This document shows, piece by piece, positions 48,332-57,347 of a stretch of DNA of 64,000 nucleotides. Position 1 is the first letter of the stretch. The number at the start of each line of letters is the position of its first letter. The notes under the pieces are model-generated. The model did not search any database. It had not been told where the DNA came from and saw nothing but the letters and a program-made list of their open reading frames with translations. Source of the DNA: Myxococcota bacterium (GTDB taxonomy: Bacteria > Myxococcota_A > UBA9160 > UBA4427); NCBI GenBank assembly GCA_029243605.1, contig JAQWRT010000010.1, forward strand, positions 64,175 to 128,174, given 5' to 3'. The translations under genes and the position numbers were made by a program.

Positions 48332-49827
48332 GCGGCAAAGCCGAAGGAGGCTCTGCGGATTCGGACCCCAACACGGCCGAGTTTATCGGGTTCGAATACC
48401 ATTCCGACGAGCGCGTGAGCCCCGCTCGATATCGCTGGGAGGGCTCGTCCACCCGGGGTTGGCAGATCCAGCGCGAGGGTGCTCACCACCTCGACCTGGG
48501 TCCGGGCTTTCGGCCCCTGCGGTCCCACCGATGCGGGGTGTGCTCCACCGACCTCGATCGCCGTTTTCTCCCCTTCCCCCTCCCCCAAATCATCGGTCAC
48601 GAGGTCATCGCCCTCGACCAAGTATCCCGGCGCCATGTTGTCGAGATCAACGCCTCCCACGAGGCCCGAGGAATCGAACACGCCTGCCCGTTCTGCCTGG
48701 GAGGCCTGGCGACCCATTGCCCCGAGCGGCGGGTGCTAGGGATTCACGATCTTCCCGGCGGCTTTGGCCCCTGGGTACTGGCCCCGGAGGCCGCGATCAT
48801 TCCCCTCCCCGACTCGATTAGCGACGATGCCGCCGTACTCATCGAACCCTTCGCGGCGGCCCTTCATGCCGCCGAGTCTATCGCTCCCTCGGCCGGGGAA
48901 AGAGTCGCCGTCCTGGGGCCGCGACGCCTGGGGTTGCTCGTCATCGCAGCTCTCGCCGCGCTACGCAAACGCGACGGAACCGACTACAAAATTCTGGGTT
49001 TGGTGCGCCGCCCGAGTATGGCCGACTGGGCACTCCGTTTCGGCGCCGACGAAGTTCTCCAGGCGCCGGACCCCGGGTCCGCGGCCGAGCCCTGTGCGGA
49101 ATTCGTCATCGACACAACGGGAAATCCCCTAGGACTCGAAACCGCTCTGATGGCTTCCGGGCGCGAGGTTCACCTGAAATCGACCCACGGCCAACCCTCC
49201 GCGGGGCTTCGGCACACCACCGAGTTGGTGGTCGATGAGCTCACCCTCCAAGCCTGGCCCGAAGATCCCGACGAGGCCAAAGCCGTGGTGCGCGACTCGC
49301 CCTGCCGCCCAGACGATCGCCCCCGAGTGGCCTGGCTCGCCAGTACGCCGCCGCCGGCATGGCTGAGCGACCGGGCGGATGTGTGGGCGGGGAAGGATCC
49401 GAACGCATTATTGAAGGCCCTTGAAGACCAACCATCCGGGCTGCCCCGGGCCGACCTCGCGGTGGTGGACGACGAAGCCGGCATCGATGCCGTGGTGCGA
49501 CCCCGGGAAGACGAGGAAATTTCCCTGGTTCGCCCAAGGGGCCAGATTTGCACCCGAGCCGGTGGAGCGCGCACGGGGCCCCTCCTCCATGCCCTTCACC
49601 AGCGCAAGCTTCGACTGAGTACCTCGCGCTGCGGAGATTTTGAGAAAGCTCTGGCGCTGCTCGTCGCCGACGACGAGCTCGCTCAGCGCCTGCCCGCACT
49701 CATCACCCATCGCGTACCCGCCACTCGGCTACCCGAAGCGCTGGCTCTGGCGCGCACGCCGGAATGCATCAAAGTCGTGATCGAACACGCCGAGACGCAA
49801 TCGCTGCCCGGGACCCAGGCGGACTAA
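48328..49827 (+). CDS. zinc-type medium-chain dehydrogenase/reductase (MDR/ADH) family protein with N- and C-terminal extensions
   Basis: ATG 48328 overlaps the GT-C B stop (ATGA). Catalytic-zinc ligand context: HRCGVCSTD...GHEVIA. Structural-zinc Cys cluster: CPFCLGGLATHC. Rossmann segment: RVAVLGPRRLGLLVIAALAA. About 150 aa of unassigned C-terminal sequence follow. The track ORF from 47860 is over-extended. Confidence 0.7.
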   Translation: MSGKAEGGSADSDPNTAEFIGFEYHSDERVSPARYRWEGSSTRGWQIQREGAHHLDLGPGFRPLRSHRCGVCSTDLDRRFLPFPLPQIIGHEVIALDQVSRRHVVEINASHEARGIEHACPFCLGGLATHCPERRVLGIHDLPGGFGPWVLAPEAAIIPLPDSISDDAAVLIEPFAAALHAAESIAPSAGERVAVLGPRRLGLLVIAALAALRKRDGTDYKILGLVRRPSMADWALRFGADEVLQAPDPGSAAEPCAEFVIDTTGNPLGLETALMASGREVHLKSTHGQPSAGLRHTTELVVDELTLQAWPEDPDEAKAVVRDSPCRPDDRPRVAWLASTPPPAWLSDRADVWAGKDPNALLKALEDQPSGLPRADLAVVDDEAGIDAVVRPREDEEISLVRPRGQICTRAGGARTGPLLHALHQRKLRLSTSRCGDFEKALALLVADDELAQRLPALITHRVPATRLPEALALARTPECIKVVIEHAETQSLPGTQAD

Positions 49828-49846
49828 AGGGTCGGCTCTTCGAGCC

Positions 49847-50617
49847 CTAGTCCCCGCCTTCGGGCCCGCGCTCTTGGCCCAATCCGGGCAGCTTCGGCGG
49901 CCGAAAGGCTGTGAGCAGGACGTACCAGGCCGCCAGATAGATCTCTGCGCCTTCGATCTTCGAAACCCCTGCAACGCGCTGCTCGAAGATGATCGGGACC
50001 TCTCCGATCGAAAAACCATAGCGGGTGACTCGCCAGGCCATCTCCTCGAGGAACGAATAGCCCGAGGAACGAATCTCAAAAGGGTGCACCGTTTCGAGAA
50101 CTTTCCGCCGGTATCCGCGATAGCCCGCCGTGCAGTCGTGAACGTCGACCCTCAGCAGCGTCCGGGCATAAAAGTTGGCGAATTTCGAGAGCAAACGCCG
50201 ATGCCAGGGCCAATTCTCGATTCCGCCGCCGGGAACATAACGAGAGCCGACGACCATATCCCGATCATCGAGCAGGGCGATGAGCGCCGGCAGGTATTTC
50301 GGGTTGTGGCTGAAATCGCAATCCATGGTGAAGATGAAATGGAAACCTCGATCCAAACCGAACCGGAAGCCACTGAGGTAGGCCGTACCCAGACCCAGCT
50401 TGCCTGGTCGCCGGAGGAGGTGGAGCCGGGGCTCGGTCTCCTGGGCGCGTTCGACGAGATCACCAGTTCCATCCGGGCTGTTGTCATCGACGACGAGGAC
50501 TTCGATTCGAGGATCTTCTGCCAAAACCAGCCCGGAGAGTTCGACGACATTGCCAGCCTCGTTATAGGCAGGCAGGATCACCAGGATGCGCTCCTCGGAG
50601 GTGCTCTCGGAACTCAC
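49847..50617 (-). CDS. polyprenol-monophosphate hexose synthase (Dpm1/Ppm1-like GT2), copy 2
   Basis: 256 aa. ILVILPAYNEAGNV...LVVDDNSPDGTGDLV...RRPGKLGLGTAY...TMDCDFSHNP is collinear with copy 1 and clearly paralogous to it. Confidence 0.85.
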   Translation of the reverse strand: MSSESTSEERILVILPAYNEAGNVVELSGLVLAEDPRIEVLVVDDNSPDGTGDLVERAQETEPRLHLLRRPGKLGLGTAYLSGFRFGLDRGFHFIFTMDCDFSHNPKYLPALIALLDDRDMVVGSRYVPGGGIENWPWHRRLLSKFANFYARTLLRVDVHDCTAGYRGYRRKVLETVHPFEIRSSGYSFLEEMAWRVTRYGFSIGEVPIIFEQRVAGVSKIEGAEIYLAAWYVLLTAFRPPKLPGLGQERGPEGGD

Positions 50618-50732
50618 TGGCGATTCCCTCGGCTCATCGGACGACTCCCAGGCTCAGATCCCTCATTTTTCACTCTCCCAGGATACCCACTGGCGACCCT
50701 CGGCGACAAATTTCCAATCACCGCCAAGGGAG

Positions 50733-51620
50733 TCAAGCCGCTCGAGCGATGACGAAAAGGCGATTCTCTCGCCCGAGAAGTTTGCCCGCCAGGAACATGG
50801 ACTGAAGGCCAAGCCGCACCAGGGGGTGAAGGGTGAGCCTGCGCAAGTCCGTCGATTCCTGCTCGAGTTGGACGACCTCCAGGCCACCCAATGCGAGACA
50901 ATCTCGGAGGCTGTCGGGAGTGAAATAGAGGAAATGCTGCTCGATATAAAATTTCTCGAGGGGCGCGGTCAATCGGCCCCCGGACAAGCGATACATCGCC
51001 CCGCCCACTAGGTCCAGAATGCTTCGCTGGTTCGGCGTCGAGAAACTGACGAGGCCGCCCGGCGCCAGGCATTCTCGGGCCGCCCTCACCAGACTGGCCG
51101 GCGAGCGTGAGTGCTCGATGACGTCCCAGCCCGTGACGAGGTCGAAGCTCTCACCCATATCGGTCAGAGATTCGAACTCACCCACCCAGGGGTCGAGACC
51201 GAAATGTCGCCGAGCGTGGTCGGTGGCTTCGATGCTCTCATCGATTCCGTAGGGCTCCCAACCTCGCCGCCGAGCCACCGCCAGGAAGAGACCCGTTCCG
51301 CATCCCACGTCGAGCAAGCGACCCGGAGCCTTGACGCGCTCGATGATATCGAGCCAGGCCTCGAACTGTTCCACCAGGGGGTTTCCGGGTTCGTCTTCAA
51401 AGCAGAAGCCGTAATAATCTTTGAGCTCGGGGACCGACCCTTCGCCGCTGGTGTAGAGCGATTTGAAGAGTTCCTGGATCTCCTCCTCGCTGGGGAGCGG
51501 ATCCAGGAAGATCTGCCCACACGGTCCGCACTCGACAACGTCGAAACGCGTGATGCGATACCGCAGACCGATTTCCTCGGATCCGCAGATCAGGCACGAA
51601 GTTTTGGAGGGATCCGACAC
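50733..51620 (-). CDS. class I SAM-dependent methyltransferase with N-terminal Cys4 zinc-ribbon
   Basis: 295 aa. CLICGS...ECGPCGQIFLDPLP is followed by motif I LLDVGCGTGLFLAVA and DVIEHSRSP. Confidence 0.85.
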   Translation of the reverse strand: MSDPSKTSCLICGSEEIGLRYRITRFDVVECGPCGQIFLDPLPSEEEIQELFKSLYTSGEGSVPELKDYYGFCFEDEPGNPLVEQFEAWLDIIERVKAPGRLLDVGCGTGLFLAVARRRGWEPYGIDESIEATDHARRHFGLDPWVGEFESLTDMGESFDLVTGWDVIEHSRSPASLVRAARECLAPGGLVSFSTPNQRSILDLVGGAMYRLSGGRLTAPLEKFYIEQHFLYFTPDSLRDCLALGGLEVVQLEQESTDLRRLTLHPLVRLGLQSMFLAGKLLGRENRLFVIARAA

Positions 51621-51671
51621 GGAGTCGATACTGCCACAACGAGCCCGGGGAGGGAAATTCAGTCGGGCCCT

Positions 51672-53945
51672 TCAGGGCTGTTCGGAACCCGGGGACTCTG
51701 GAAATCCAGGAGGGACCAGGCGCGGCTCGGCCCATCCCCCCATGAGCAGGTCCTCGCCATCGGGGTTGTCCGCCCGGTTACTCAACTCCAGGGTGATCTC
51801 CTTGCCCGCCCAGGCCCCGAGATCGAGATCGAGATCGAACCAGCGCCGATCCTCGATGCGGTTCGTGGTGTTGAGCCGACGCTCGTAGAGAGTTTCGAGA
51901 CCTTCCGGGGTCCGTACCGAGAGCCGGAAGTCCACCCATGAAGCGGGCAATTTGAACCATCGCTGGGGATGGACCGCGACGGCCGTCACCAAGCGCCCAC
52001 CCTCCCGAGGTACTTTCAGTGGAAGCCCGAGAACGGTGCTGCGATTTCCCGAGGAGGGTCTCAAGGCAATCGCTGGACGGAAGGGCCAGAGCATCTCCCT
52101 CAGATAGAGACCGCGGGATTCCGGGGGAATCACCCTGGAGGGTCCGAAGGTCTCGTCGATTCGAAGAGGGGCCGCAGAGAGACCCGCCGGCGCGATGGGC
52201 CGGCCCGGGCTCTGTTCCTCGGGTGAGCGACGGCGAAGCGCCGCCGGCTTGTACCCCCAGGTGTCGTAACTGAAGATTCGGTCGATCTCGAAATTTTCGA
52301 CCAGGTAGGCGAAGAGCTCCGGAGCATGTTCCCAAAAGGGATCGAAAGTCTGGAACTGGGTAAAATTGTAGAGCACCACGTCGGTACCCGTTTCCTCCAT
52401 GGCCCTCGCTACCGCCGCGTCGCGATCGGGAATCTCGGGAAAGGGCCAGATAATATAAGCCGAGCGGTGAGGCCCTCGGCGCTCGGACAGGAAATTCGCA
52501 ATGGGGAAATACGGAATCCCCCCCAAAGAATCTTCCGGGTCGGTATTCGCCTCGACGTACTCGAGAACGCTCTCGAGCATGGCCACCTCCCCGGGCTTGC
52601 CATAGATCCCCGCCCGGGGATGATCGATCAGGACCGAGTGAGAATCCCTCAGCCGCATCACCAGATGCCCGGAATAGACCACCGCCAGGGATACGGGGAT
52701 CAGTGCCAAGGCCACGGCTGCACGACCTCGCCCGCGCCGACCTCCAACCCATCCCTCCAAGGCAAAAATCACCAAACCCAAGAGCGGCCAGTAGAGCACC
52801 GCCAGATGGATATAGTCCTGGGGTTTATTGAGCCACGCGAGCAGGACCAGGCTCGTCCCCAGAGCGAAGAAAAGGAACTCCACCAGATAACGAAGCCTGC
52901 CCGGATCGCCTGTCGGTGCAGCCAGCCTACGCCTCTGGCGCCAGAGTCGAAAAGCGAAACCGGCGAGGAGGGCTTGGGGGCCGTAGAAGAAAAGCTTGAG
53001 CATGATGTCGTAGAGCGGGGTGTCGGTGTAGAGCGGATGGATCCGCAACGCCGCCCAGTCGGCAGTCAGCATGATTCCCGGCATAGTTTCGGTGATGCCC
53101 AGTTGAGTACGCAGGGCAAGATCTTGGCTGAAGATCGGCCATAGGTCGGGGAAATCGGAATAAGGGTAGGCGCCTATCCCCTTAAAATGGTTGAACACGG
53201 TGAACTGAAGAACGTCATCGAGGACACCTACGCTCCAGTAGTAGAGGCCCGTCGCCGCACCCACCGCCGCTGCCGGAACGATAAAGGTCGCCAAGGTCGA
53301 GAAGCTCGAAGGCCGGCGATCACTCGGGCGGGAAGATTCGTAAAGCGCCAGGGAAGCCAGAAATGCGAGCAGCGCGGCGGCGCCGTAATCCTGTTTGCAA
53401 AAAACCCCAAGTCCAAAGAGCAGGCCTGAAAAAGCCAGAACCCGGCGATCCGAGCGCTCGAAATATACAACCAGAGCTGTGGCGCTAGCGAGGAGAACGA
53501 CCAGGGCCAGGGTCGAGTAGCTGTAGATCTGCCAGTGCGGGAAGCACCAGATTCGGTAGAGCCAGAAAGAACCGAGGGCCGCGAGGGCCCATGGAAGCGA
53601 AGTCACCTTGCGAAAAAGGAAAAAGAGAAGCGTCGCGAAAGCGGCGAACTCCACGATCACCACCCAACGGGACACCCGGATGGACGCGCCTAAGACGTCG
53701 AAGACCAGCGCAAGAAAATGGAAGGCGCCCGGAAGCGGATAGAATGTGGCGTCCCGGTAGAACTCCCCGCCCCTCAGTCGGAGGTCGGCGAATTGCAGGA
53801 CATGCCCCTCGTCCATGAGGCTGAACCACAGGTCGAAGAAGGGGACTTGAAAAAGAATTGTGACGCCGAAAACCAGCCCCAAGGCGAGGCTCGTGCGAGA
53901 CATCATCCCACCTACAGCCTGTGGTCCATCGGGTTGCACATCCAA
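51672..53945 (-). CDS. GT-C-fold (PMT/ArnT-like) polytopic membrane glycosyltransferase candidate, paralog C, with extra beta-rich C-terminal domain
   Basis: 757 aa. Motifs are FSLMDEGHVL, GGEFYRDATFYPLPG and CKQDYGA. The C-terminal extension ends ...FDLDLDLGAWAGKEITLEL... An alternative start about 13 codons downstream (MMSRTS) is possible. Confidence 0.6.
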   Translation of the reverse strand: MDVQPDGPQAVGGMMSRTSLALGLVFGVTILFQVPFFDLWFSLMDEGHVLQFADLRLRGGEFYRDATFYPLPGAFHFLALVFDVLGASIRVSRWVVIVEFAAFATLLFFLFRKVTSLPWALAALGSFWLYRIWCFPHWQIYSYSTLALVVLLASATALVVYFERSDRRVLAFSGLLFGLGVFCKQDYGAAALLAFLASLALYESSRPSDRRPSSFSTLATFIVPAAAVGAATGLYYWSVGVLDDVLQFTVFNHFKGIGAYPYSDFPDLWPIFSQDLALRTQLGITETMPGIMLTADWAALRIHPLYTDTPLYDIMLKLFFYGPQALLAGFAFRLWRQRRRLAAPTGDPGRLRYLVEFLFFALGTSLVLLAWLNKPQDYIHLAVLYWPLLGLVIFALEGWVGGRRGRGRAAVALALIPVSLAVVYSGHLVMRLRDSHSVLIDHPRAGIYGKPGEVAMLESVLEYVEANTDPEDSLGGIPYFPIANFLSERRGPHRSAYIIWPFPEIPDRDAAVARAMEETGTDVVLYNFTQFQTFDPFWEHAPELFAYLVENFEIDRIFSYDTWGYKPAALRRRSPEEQSPGRPIAPAGLSAAPLRIDETFGPSRVIPPESRGLYLREMLWPFRPAIALRPSSGNRSTVLGLPLKVPREGGRLVTAVAVHPQRWFKLPASWVDFRLSVRTPEGLETLYERRLNTTNRIEDRRWFDLDLDLGAWAGKEITLELSNRADNPDGEDLLMGGWAEPRLVPPGFPESPGSEQP

Positions 53946-54074
53946 TTGCGAAAAGCCTCTGGGGAAGTCGGAATCACGATTTAGAAATTGACGTAAGCCC
54001 CTGCTCTGTTTAAGATTATCGCATCAGCGGTCGGGCTTCGCCCCCGACCGGCAACCCGGACTCGAAAGGGCTCC

Positions 54075-54926
54075 ATGACCCGCCCGGCCCTTAGCCTTGA
54101 TTTGCGTACCCTGCTGCTCTTGGCTGCCCAGTGGACCCTCTTCCTCGGGAATTTCGTGCTCTTTGCGGCCGATACCCTACCCCTTTGGGCCCATATGCTC
54201 ATCACGCTCGTAGTCGTCCACCTCGCCTTTACGATCTGGCACGAAGCCGCCCACGGCACAATCTCGAATCGACGTGGGCTCAACAATGCGGCGGGGATCC
54301 TCGGGATGCTTCCCTACACCACGCCGTATTTCATGCAGCGGCACGTGCACCTTCAACACCATAAATACCTCAACGAGCCGGGTCTCGATCCGAACCTCAT
54401 CTATGCGGACGGACCTTTCTGGCAGCTCCTTTTCCGTTACCTGAAAGCCGTCTCCTACCTCAGGTCGGTGCTCAGGGACGACCCCCGTTCGCTGAGGATG
54501 CGAGCCTCTGACACTTTTTTCGTGGCCCTGGTCGCGGGGGCCTACCTCTTCGCGTTGTCACAGGGTTTCCTGCTGGATCTGATCCTGATCTGGTTCGTTC
54601 CCCTGGTGGGCGCGAAGATCATTATGGACTGGTATATCAACTATCTCCCGCATGTCGGCCTGCCCTCCGACCGCTTTCTGGGAACGCGGATCATCACCGC
54701 CCGATGGCTGACGCCTCTCGTACTGAGCCACAACTACCATGCAGTCCACCATCTCTGGCCCACGATTCCGTGGCACGGCTACATCGCGCGCTTCCGCGCA
54801 AAGCAGGACTACCTTGTGGCGAACGGCGTCCCCATCGAGAGTCGTCTTTTCGGCCCACGCCTTTTACCCGAAGGCGGAGCTACTTCCCAGCACGACCCGC
54901 CGAACGAAGTCACTTCGGGTGGTTAA
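54075..54926 (+). CDS. membrane fatty-acid-desaturase/hydroxylase superfamily protein (three His boxes)
   Basis: 283 aa with His boxes HEAAH, HLQHH and HAVHH in the canonical order and TM helices between them. Confidence 0.8.
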   Translation: MTRPALSLDLRTLLLLAAQWTLFLGNFVLFAADTLPLWAHMLITLVVVHLAFTIWHEAAHGTISNRRGLNNAAGILGMLPYTTPYFMQRHVHLQHHKYLNEPGLDPNLIYADGPFWQLLFRYLKAVSYLRSVLRDDPRSLRMRASDTFFVALVAGAYLFALSQGFLLDLILIWFVPLVGAKIIMDWYINYLPHVGLPSDRFLGTRIITARWLTPLVLSHNYHAVHHLWPTIPWHGYIARFRAKQDYLVANGVPIESRLFGPRLLPEGGATSQHDPPNEVTSGG

Positions 54927-55878
54927 GCCCGGCTCCCTCGAACTCGAGAGGGTCCGCTGTGCCCTCTGCGGATCCGAACGCTCGGAGACTTCGGCGACCG
55001 GGGAAGATTTCGAGTACGAAACCTCCGACGACACCTTTCATTTCGTGCGCTGCCTGGACTGCGATCACCAATACCTCGATCCGCGGCCAGCGACATCCGC
55101 CCTGGATACGATCTATCCCTCCGACTACTACTCGTTCGTGGGAACGACGAATCCCCTGGTGGCCCTTCTTCAGCGCTTCTGGGAAGGCGGAAAGGTTCGG
55201 CTCTACGGCGGATTCGTAGGTCAAGGCGAGCGAAACCTCCTCGATGTCGGCTGCGGCGACGGCCGATTCCTCTCACTTCTCGAGCGACAAGGGGATCCTC
55301 AGTGGAACCCCGTGGGCCTCGAATTCGACGAGGGGGCCGTAGCGAGTTGTCGAGCGAAGGGGTACGAGGCCCATTGCGAACGAATCGAAGACTTCGCCCA
55401 GCGCCCTGATCAGAAAAATCGCTTCGACGCCATCCTCATGCTCCAACTCCTCGAACACGTCGACGATCCCGCCCGGGTGTGTGAGCACGTTCATACACTT
55501 CTCAAGCCGGGGGGGGCCTTCATCGTCGAAACCCCAAACCTCGGCGGGCTCGACTACCGGCTATTCGCCGGGCGTTGGTGGGGCCACTACCATTTTCCCC
55601 GACACTGGAATCTGTTCCGGCTTGCCTCCCTTTCGCAACTCCTCGCATCGAAAGGCTTTGAGATCGACCGCGCCGAATATCTCATCAGCACCTCCTCCTG
55701 GATCATCTCTCATCGAAATTATTTCAAGGATCGAGGCTGGCCCCGCCCCTGGTGGCGCTTCTTTTCCTACCAGAACCCCCTGCTTCTTGGCCTGGCGGTA
55801 ATCGTCGATCAATTTCGCATTCGCTCAGGCCGGGAGACGAGCAACATGCGCGTCATCGCGCGCAAGCGCGCCCACTGA
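54919..55878 (+). CDS. class I SAM-dependent methyltransferase with N-terminal zinc-ribbon
   Basis: GTG 54919 overlaps the desaturase stop by 8 nt. CALCGS...CLDCDHQYLDPRP is followed by motif I LLDVGCGDGRFLSLL and QLLEHVDDP. It is paralogous to 50733..51620. The track ORF from 54739 is over-extended. Confidence 0.8.
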   Translation: MVKPGSLELERVRCALCGSERSETSATGEDFEYETSDDTFHFVRCLDCDHQYLDPRPATSALDTIYPSDYYSFVGTTNPLVALLQRFWEGGKVRLYGGFVGQGERNLLDVGCGDGRFLSLLERQGDPQWNPVGLEFDEGAVASCRAKGYEAHCERIEDFAQRPDQKNRFDAILMLQLLEHVDDPARVCEHVHTLLKPGGAFIVETPNLGGLDYRLFAGRWWGHYHFPRHWNLFRLASLSQLLASKGFEIDRAEYLISTSSWIISHRNYFKDRGWPRPWWRFFSYQNPLLLGLAVIVDQFRIRSGRETSNMRVIARKRAH

Positions 55879-55964
55879 ACCCCTAGCCCCTGGCCTACCC
55901 GCCTCCCATCCCCCTGGAGTGGGAATGATTCCCGGCTGGGCTAAGTGTAGGGCGTGGAGGCCAC

Positions 55965-57347
55965 ATGAAGCGCAGTTCATGGATCAGCATGACCAGACCC
56001 AAACGAGAAATCCGGAAGGAACCGGGGTGGCGAAAGCTGGCAATCGCCCTCGCCCTGCTTCCCCTGATCCTCGGAGCCCCGGGCTGCCAACCCGAGTCCG
56101 ACCCGCCCCGGATCTTGATCATCGGCATCGACGGTGCGAGCCCCGAGGTCGCGTTTCCCATGATGAAGGCCGGCCGGCTCCCGCATCTCGCAGAGATTGC
56201 CGCGACCGGGGTTCATGGTCCCCTACGGTCGGTACTCCCGCTCTATTCACCGCGTATCTGGAATACCATCGCGACCGGAGTCAAGCCGAACGTCCACGGA
56301 ATTCCCGCTTTCGTCAAGCCCGCGACCGGAGGGGGCAAGGCGCTCTACTTGAGCAGCGATCGTAAGGTCCCTGCGCTCTGGAATATCCTCTCGGACCGAG
56401 GACGTAGCGTCGGGGTCGTGAACTGGTGGACTACTTTTCCGCCCGAGAAGATCGAAGGCGTCATGGTTTCGGATCATTTTTTTCCCGAACAGATCGACAT
56501 GATCAAAAAAACCTTCGCCGCCGATCGAGCCTCCGAGGGGGCGCTTATCCACCCGCAGTCCTGGACGCCGCGCGCCGAGGAACAGCTCAAGAACCCGGCC
56601 TCCCTAACTGAATTTGAAAATTTCTTCGACGGCGCGGCCGAGTTGCCCCGCTGGGTCAATCGCTCGCTCCTCAGCCAGCAATTTGTCACCGACCAGGAAA
56701 TCACCCAGGTCGCCCTCGCCCTGGATGCGGATCACCACCTCGACGTGATGATGGTCTTCCTGCCCGGCATCGACCGGGTATCCCATTGGCTCTGGGGCAA
56801 TCTCGAAGCCGAGGATCTCTACCCTCCGACCCTGCAGCCCTCACCCGAGGAACGCGCTGGGGGCGCCGAAGCCCTGCGCGCCTACTACGCCTACACCGAT
56901 GCGCTAATCGGCCGTCTGGTCGCGGGCTATGGCCCCGATGACATGGTTTTGGTGATTTCGGACCACGGCTTCGAAGCCGGAGTCAGCTTGATGTTGTTGA
57001 CGGGCGCTCACGACTCCCCCTCGGCTCTTGACGGGGTTCTCTTTGCCCGCGGGCGCGGCATTCCCCGAGGCCAAGCCGCGGGCCCGGTCAATGTCTACGA
57101 GATCGCGCCCTCGGTGCTGACCTTCGCGGGCCTTCCCTCAGCCCTGGACATGCAAGCGGGGCCCGCGAAATTCCTGGCCGATCTCTCGCGACCCGACCCC
57201 GTCGCGAGCTACAACGCGATCGCCATCGAGCGGTACGCCCCCTCGGCCTCGGGCCATGAGGAGGAGATCATCGAGCACCTCCGAGCCCTGGGTTATCTCG
57301 AGGAAAAGGAAGCGCCCGCCCAGGATCAAGAGCAGGCCCCCCCTTGA
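55965..57347 (+). CDS. alkaline-phosphatase-superfamily phosphodiesterase / nucleotide pyrophosphatase-like protein (probable lipoprotein)
   Basis: 460 aa with leader ...LLPLILGAPGC. The metal/nucleophile region reads ILIIGIDGASPE...LPLYSPRIWNTIATG, with VISDHGFE near the C-terminus, as in PF01663-type enzymes. Confidence 0.8.
   Translation: MKRSSWISMTRPKREIRKEPGWRKLAIALALLPLILGAPGCQPESDPPRILIIGIDGASPEVAFPMMKAGRLPHLAEIAATGVHGPLRSVLPLYSPRIWNTIATGVKPNVHGIPAFVKPATGGGKALYLSSDRKVPALWNILSDRGRSVGVVNWWTTFPPEKIEGVMVSDHFFPEQIDMIKKTFAADRASEGALIHPQSWTPRAEEQLKNPASLTEFENFFDGAAELPRWVNRSLLSQQFVTDQEITQVALALDADHHLDVMMVFLPGIDRVSHWLWGNLEAEDLYPPTLQPSPEERAGGAEALRAYYAYTDALIGRLVAGYGPDDMVLVISDHGFEAGVSLMLLTGAHDSPSALDGVLFARGRGIPRGQAAGPVNVYEIAPSVLTFAGLPSALDMQAGPAKFLADLSRPDPVASYNAIAIERYAPSASGHEEEIIEHLRALGYLEEKEAPAQDQEQAPP

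Noticed and set aside
51819-51836. A (gagatc)x3 tandem hexamer, which also gives three GATC sites.
   Set aside because: It lies inside GT-C paralog C and simply encodes DLDLDL. It has no array structure or spacers and is not CRISPR-like.
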